This document shows positions 57,261 through 64,000 of a stretch of 64,000 bases of DNA, one piece after another. The position numbers and the translations under genes were made by a program. Numbering within the stretch: position 1 is the first letter of the stretch; every line of letters begins with the position of its first letter. Under the pieces are notes generated by a model, which made no database searches, was not told the origin of the DNA, and was given only the letters and a program-made list of their open reading frames with translations. Source of the stretch: Candidatus Melainabacteria bacterium (lineage in GTDB: Bacteria; Cyanobacteriota; Vampirovibrionia; 2-02-FULL-35-15); assembly GCA_023250155.1 (NCBI GenBank), contig JAHFBG010000010.1, positions 17,832-81,831 on the forward strand. The letters are read 5' to 3'.

Positions 57261-57980
57261 CTATTGTTTAATTATTTCACCATTGGACACAGCAGCAAAA
57301 ACAATATCAAATGTTTTATCACTTCCTAAATTGTTTGTAATTCTCCAGCCTTTTTTTGTTTCTTTACACGCAATAGCTTCAGTAATGGTTTTCCCATTTT
57401 TATACTTTTGTTCAATTATTAATATCGTATAGTCTTTATAAGTCACTAACCCTTTTAAATAGTTTGCCTTAATGCCTTGTGCTTCTTTTTGACTATCTTT
57501 TAAGATTTTTTTATTTTTAAATATGTTTTTGACATTGCTTTTCTCTTCATCAACAAAACTATCTACTATCCATTTAAGATCTCCATTCCTACTTGCAGAA
57601 AAATAAGATGCTAAAAACTTTTCCAGAATAGCTGTATCAGCATGTTTTTTTTCTACATCAGGAATAATTCTGGAAGGATTATACAATTCTCCATCTAGAG
57701 ATACATCGATAGTGTTTTTTTCTTTATTCCCTTCATCGTAAGAAGCTTTAAACCAAAGTGATGATTTTTTAGCACGAAAAGTGATTTTATTAGTTTTATT
57801 GGAATTTGTGTCATCAGTAATATTAAGCTCTTTCCCTATATTCAAACTCGCTAGAGATGATTCTACTACTATTAAATTTTTTGCTTTAAGATTTTGACTT
57901 GAAGTTAATATTAAAAGAAGCAATACTATTAATGGATACTTTATATTCATATGCTCAGCACTCCTTAATTTTTTTATCAT
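57261..57980 (-). CDS. Hypothetical secreted protein
   Basis: 239 aa with signal-like segment (alternative start 57950). Confidence 0.7.
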   Translation of the reverse strand: MIKKLRSAEHMNIKYPLIVLLLLILTSSQNLKAKNLIVVESSLASLNIGKELNITDDTNSNKTNKITFRAKKSSLWFKASYDEGNKEKNTIDVSLDGELYNPSRIIPDVEKKHADTAILEKFLASYFSASRNGDLKWIVDSFVDEEKSNVKNIFKNKKILKDSQKEAQGIKANYLKGLVTYKDYTILIIEQKYKNGKTITEAIACKETKKGWRITNNLGSDKTFDIVFAAVSNGEIIKQ

Positions 57981-58087
57981 TAAACTGCTTGTATAAACTA
58001 ATTCAACTATTTTAGCACTAAATTAAACCTTAAATCTTTATAAAAATTGAGCTTTATAACCCTGATTTAAGAAAAAATAGTTACTAC

Positions 58088-58192
58088 TTAGCTACGAGCA
58101 TAACTAAGCTTTTTGTGTGATTTATTCACCAAAAAGCGACGTGAAAGAAGAGCGAGTTGAGCATTCGTGCGAAACGAGCGGTAGGTAGCAAC
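58088..58192 (+). other. Structured GC-rich element in the leader of the ATP-grasp gene
   Basis: GCTTTTTG..CAAAAAGC hairpin; GTTGA-GCA-TTCG-TGC-GAAAC hairpin; outer GCTAC/GTAGC pairing. Confidence 0.45.
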
Positions 58193-58210
58193 AAAAAATA
58201 AGGGGTAAGA

Positions 58211-60436
58211 ATGTCAAACACTATCTCCAAAACTAGAATAAATGCTCCCCTTCCAAGCAATGGATTAGATAAAAAAAATGAAACATTGTTAAATACACCC
58301 TCCAAGCAAACTTTATCAAACAATACTACCTGTAAAAAAAACAAAGAAAAACCTCAACGCTTTTTAAATCAAAAAAATATATTAGAAAGGTTTATTAAAG
58401 AAATTGAAGATGCAATAAAAGAAGGTAACTATAATTTAGCAATTGATTTATACACTCTAATCAAACCTTCCATACAGCAAAAAGCAACTAATAAACCTAA
58501 GATTAACAATACACAGCCTGACAAACCTCTATCTAATAGACTTCTTGATGCATATGAGCAAATTATAAATCCTAAAATAGAAAATTCGGAATCATTTACA
58601 CTAGCCTATTTAAACCTGCTTGTTGAATTGGCTATTTTCTTTAAGATGTATGGAGCACACTTCCCAAAACCTTTATATTTTGAAGGTCTTAGTGAGCAAA
58701 TTTTTCAAAAGCATCAACATAAAACTCCTAATATACTTGCTCCACGAGAAGACCTAGGTATCTGGAATAGAATTAAATACTATTTTAGAAAAACTGAGTC
58801 CTTGTTTTTTAAACCCCAACAAACTATTCTTGAAAATCTTGCTTTCAAATTAGCTGGTATTGGAATGCTTATATCATCTCCAATAAATCTAATGATTATT
58901 GAGCAAAGAATTGCGATAAATAAATTCGTAAAACAAACATATAACTTAAAGTACAGAGTAGCAGAAATAATCAATTCTTTTCATGAAAGGAATGGCTTAG
59001 TAATTGATAATAGGATTAAAAGCTTGTTTCATAGAGAGGATAAAAAGAACATTGAGATTGCAATTCTAAAAGAACCTAGTAACTTTACAAGCCTCATCTT
59101 ATTAACCAAGTTATTAAAACATGGTTTTCAAATTCCTATTATTGTACAGGAAGAAGAGGTAGTTAAGAATGGTAACAATATAGTGAACATAGCAATAAAT
59201 GGAACAATTGAGAGTGAAGATGAATTAACACTATTAAAAGCAGGTTCTTCAAGAACCAATGCTAACTTTATTTTACCGTTAACAGATTCTATAAAGTTTA
59301 TAGAACAAGGAGGAAATAAAATCGCTACTGTGTCTTCTGGATTAATGTTCAAAGAAGACAAGCCCGTATTTGTAAAATTTAACACCCCATTACCACTGCA
59401 TTATATAGTTAATTATGCTGATGACAACCTGGATAAAAGAATCAAAGAATATGGTATTCCTACTGCTCAGGCTACATTAGCAGAAGAATATATCAATGAA
59501 AAAGATATAAGTACTACTATTCTTGCTAGGAATGGAATTAATGTTCCTAAAACTATTTCTATTATTGGACATAATAGTGATCACCATTTTATTAACAAAC
59601 ACCGAACCAATAGTTCTAATTGTTATTTTGTAAATATTAATGAGCCTGAAAAATCAAGAGAAACAGTAAAGCAAATTATTGACAATTTTATAACTTCAAA
59701 CAATCTCAATACTCCATTTCAATTAATCGTTGTCAAACCAAATAATTTAAGTGGAGGAAGAGGCGTTGAATTTTTTTATTGGCCTGATATCCGTTTCATG
59801 ACAAGTTCTACAATAAGATTGTTAGAGTCAGGGAATAATGTAGTTATTCAAGAGCGTATTCTGCCACCATTAATGGCGCAAAAAAATAATTCAGAAGATT
59901 CTAGTACTGAAAAGAGAGTTCAATATGATTGGAATTTACGTGTATTTGTTTCAAATATCCCTGGAAAAGGACCTGTTGTAAGTGATATATTAGTAAGAAT
60001 TGCTAAATATGGTACCCCTGTGAATATTTGTCAGGGTGCACAATGTGACTTATTAGAATCCATTGCACTAGAAAGTAATATTTCTAATGATATGTTAATT
60101 CACTTACAAAATGACATTGCTGATATTTCAAAACGAGCTTATCTGGCAATTAAAGAATCTATGATCAAAGACAAAAACATTAAACCTAATGAAGATATAT
60201 CTGATTTTATGGGAATAGATATAATAGTCAAACAAGAGCAAGATAAATTAGTTCCTTATATAATTGAATTAAATGATTTTCATTCTGGTGGTATGTGGGA
60301 CTTTGATAATTATATTGATAGTATGGATGAAGCTGTATATAGAGAGAGAAAAGGGAAGCCTTGCAAAGACTGGATAGAAACTATGCTTACCAAAGCACAA
60401 CAATATAAGTCTACAATCCTTCAACAATCTTCATAA
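58211..60436 (+). CDS. ATP-grasp ligase with long N-terminal extension (YheC/D- or RimK-like)
   Basis: VVKPNNLSGGRGV, VIQERI, WNLRVFV, DFMGIDII, YIIELN. Confidence 0.75.
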   Translation: MSNTISKTRINAPLPSNGLDKKNETLLNTPSKQTLSNNTTCKKNKEKPQRFLNQKNILERFIKEIEDAIKEGNYNLAIDLYTLIKPSIQQKATNKPKINNTQPDKPLSNRLLDAYEQIINPKIENSESFTLAYLNLLVELAIFFKMYGAHFPKPLYFEGLSEQIFQKHQHKTPNILAPREDLGIWNRIKYYFRKTESLFFKPQQTILENLAFKLAGIGMLISSPINLMIIEQRIAINKFVKQTYNLKYRVAEIINSFHERNGLVIDNRIKSLFHREDKKNIEIAILKEPSNFTSLILLTKLLKHGFQIPIIVQEEEVVKNGNNIVNIAINGTIESEDELTLLKAGSSRTNANFILPLTDSIKFIEQGGNKIATVSSGLMFKEDKPVFVKFNTPLPLHYIVNYADDNLDKRIKEYGIPTAQATLAEEYINEKDISTTILARNGINVPKTISIIGHNSDHHFINKHRTNSSNCYFVNINEPEKSRETVKQIIDNFITSNNLNTPFQLIVVKPNNLSGGRGVEFFYWPDIRFMTSSTIRLLESGNNVVIQERILPPLMAQKNNSEDSSTEKRVQYDWNLRVFVSNIPGKGPVVSDILVRIAKYGTPVNICQGAQCDLLESIALESNISNDMLIHLQNDIADISKRAYLAIKESMIKDKNIKPNEDISDFMGIDIIVKQEQDKLVPYIIELNDFHSGGMWDFDNYIDSMDEAVYRERKGKPCKDWIETMLTKAQQYKSTILQQSS

Positions 60437-60479
60437 ACTCATAAAAAAATATTTGTTTTATAGTGTACAATTTTAATAA

Positions 60480-61811
<1,332 letters not shown>

Positions 61812-61816
61812 AATAT

Positions 61817-64000
61817 TTAAGGCTTAAACACACAAATCCCATTGTTGCAATCATGTTGAACTGGTGGGCAATCAGCATTGGTTATACAATTTATATTCCA
61901 GCACTTACCCTGAAAACAAATTTGATCTTTTCTACAATCAATACTTCTTAAACAAACTAATGGTAGTTTAATACACTTATTATTTATTCCACACTTTTCA
62001 TTGTTATTGCAGTCATTGTCTAATTGACAAGTCTTTGCAGGTTCACATATACCTTTTTGAGAATTGCATTGCCTATCTCCACACTGAATGTTACTTGTAC
62101 ATTTTGTAAGACATTGACCATTTTCACAAGCCTGATTTATGCCACATACTATATTTGAACAAGTAATAGGAATTACAGCACAATCTCCTCGTGAGCCTTC
62201 ACATGGACTCGTGCAACGACCACCATTACAAACACTTCCTCTATTACAATCAGTATTGTTATTGCAAGTTTGAGTCCCAGTTCTTGGAATACAGATGCCC
62301 TTTTGAGTATCACAGTCCTCATCTAAGTTATCACAATCCTCATTTCTCTGACAAACCTCTGGCATGGGTTTTAAAACACAAATACCTCTTTGTGAATCAC
62401 AGCTTTGTCCCATTGTGGAATCGCAATCATCATCTCTGTCACATGTTTTAGGTTTTACACAAGTTTTTGTACTGTCATCACAGACTTCCCCTTTTGGTTT
62501 ATCACAATCATCATCTCTCTTACAAACTTTTGGTATACCTGGTTTTACTACACACTTTCCGTTCTTACATACTCCAATGCTTCCACACTCACTATTCTTT
62601 TTACAAAACTTTGGTACACAAATTTTGGTTGGATAATCCTCAGGACAGTTATCTTCAGCTGTCTTTGTACAAACTGATCCTCTTGGTGATTCTATACATA
62701 AACCACTTGCACACTCAGAATTATCTGTGCACTCCTTACAGTCAGGGTTCTTGGCATAAGTACACACTCCAGTTACAGCATCACATGTATCATTCGTACA
62801 AGAATTTCCATCATCACAAGACTTCTCAGTACCCGTACATTTGCCACTGGTACATCGATCATTAGCTGTGCAAGAATTTCCATCATCACAGCTCTCTCCA
62901 TTTATACAGCCTGATGAGCTTTGTATATTTTTACATATTCCTTTAAACAAACTACACTGACAAGTAATTGGATTAAAATAAGTCCCTGCTGGACATTTTA
63001 CTGATGGACACTCACACATGCATGTACTACTATTGAATACTTTTGGTGGATCACATATGCCGTCACAATCAGCGTCTCTTGTACCACTACCACTACTTGA
63101 ACTTGTACTACTTCCTATACTTCCAAAGACGCCAGAGAATGTTCCACCTGAACTACTACTAGTGCTACTGCTATTACTTCCTGAACTATCACATGTACAA
63201 GTAACCGTGTTGAGAATAGTTCCTACCGGACATACTAGTCCACAGTTATCATTGCTACTTCCTGAACTGCCACTTAAACTTCCAGCTACACCAGAAAATG
63301 TCCCACCTGAGCTGGCATTACCACTTGAGCTAATGCTCCCAGGGACACCTGAAAATGTCTGATTTAAGGTATTGCTAAAAACACATTTTTCTCCTGAAAT
63401 ACAATCACTGTCAGTATTGCATAAACCGTCTTCACAAATACAATTATTTCCTTGGCATCTAAGCTTTTCACAAACCCTATTTAACGGACATAAACACTCT
63501 CCATCATTATTGCAACTGCATTGAGGATCGCTTGAACACATTCCTTCTCTACAAATAGCATTTGGTTTGCAAAAACATCCTTTATAAGTACAAATACACG
63601 GATGATTAGAATCCCCAAGAAGCGCTATGCCCACTCTATTCAAACAAATGTTTGTAACCGTTGGGAGAATTCTTTGATCTAATTTGCCATCTTTAAAAAT
63701 CAAGTTAGAGTTTGCACATAATATTTGCTCTGAACACGAAGCAATAAAATCACTTAATTTATTTTGTATTTTATCTAATCGTTTTTTAGCTTGTTGTTGC
63801 TTCAATTCACTCTTATCAATCTTATTTAAATCTGGTATTTTTGATGAAGCTTCTTCTTCTGTTATGTTTAAACGCCCTATGTTCTTTAAAGAGTTTCTTT
63901 CATCCTCGCTAAGATAGACACTAAGCGGCCCCATATTACCGCTACTACTAGATGCGTTTTGATTTAGTCTTACAATTGCTTCTTGTAATCCTGCTTCTGC
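61817..64000 (-). CDS. Large Cys-rich repeat extracellular protein (5' end outside window)
   Basis: Frame is open beyond the track start to the edge (AEAGLQEAIVRLNQN...); CDDGNSCT and CxxDxDC repeats; Ser/Gly linkers. Confidence 0.8.
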   Translation of the reverse strand, partial: AEAGLQEAIVRLNQNASSSSGNMGPLSVYLSEDERNSLKNIGRLNITEEEASSKIPDLNKIDKSELKQQQAKKRLDKIQNKLSDFIASCSEQILCANSNLIFKDGKLDQRILPTVTNICLNRVGIALLGDSNHPCICTYKGCFCKPNAICREGMCSSDPQCSCNNDGECLCPLNRVCEKLRCQGNNCICEDGLCNTDSDCISGEKCVFSNTLNQTFSGVPGSISSSGNASSGGTFSGVAGSLSGSSGSSNDNCGLVCPVGTILNTVTCTCDSSGSNSSSTSSSSGGTFSGVFGSIGSSTSSSSGSGTRDADCDGICDPPKVFNSSTCMCECPSVKCPAGTYFNPITCQCSLFKGICKNIQSSSGCINGESCDDGNSCTANDRCTSGKCTGTEKSCDDGNSCTNDTCDAVTGVCTYAKNPDCKECTDNSECASGLCIESPRGSVCTKTAEDNCPEDYPTKICVPKFCKKNSECGSIGVCKNGKCVVKPGIPKVCKRDDDCDKPKGEVCDDSTKTCVKPKTCDRDDDCDSTMGQSCDSQRGICVLKPMPEVCQRNEDCDNLDEDCDTQKGICIPRTGTQTCNNNTDCNRGSVCNGGRCTSPCEGSRGDCAVIPITCSNIVCGINQACENGQCLTKCTSNIQCGDRQCNSQKGICEPAKTCQLDNDCNNNEKCGINNKCIKLPLVCLRSIDCRKDQICFQGKCWNINCITNADCPPVQHDCNNGICVFKP

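Noticed and set aside
62191-63917. Multiple plus-strand His/Cys-rich ORFs
   Set aside because: Antisense shadows of the Cys-rich minus-strand gene.

Overview
AT-rich bacterial chromosome segment; the lineage cannot be proven from this window, though the style of the orphan proteins suggests a non-photosynthetic cyanobacterial relative such as Melainabacteria (inference). Scattered housekeeping genes (rluE-like, acpS, aroQ, aguB-aguA, argG, a FadF-like Fe-S oxidoreductase, an epimerase) sit among many orphans, two toxin-antitoxin pairs and several large secreted Ser-linker or Cys-rich proteins. Highlights: (1) three tandem ~1250-1320 aa paralogs at 39.2-51.4 kb, each with a divergent 37-aa helical-repeat N-terminus and a strongly conserved, unrecognised His/Cys-rich C-terminal domain; two are translationally coupled to homologous Pro-rich ~80 aa peptides ending GEP-x-PGICPI, a candidate novel enzyme plus precursor/partner system; (2) a tRNA-Asn(GUU) split inside the anticodon by a 507-nt group I intron whose P1 loop holds an HNH endonuclease ORF that reads through the internal guide sequence; (3) a non-canonical cytochrome P450, a NUDT9-like Nudix enzyme, an apparently exact 1055-bp intragenic duplication and several small recombination or REP-like scars. 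Two long ORFs run off the window edges. No CRISPR array, rRNA or intact transposase/integrase was seen.
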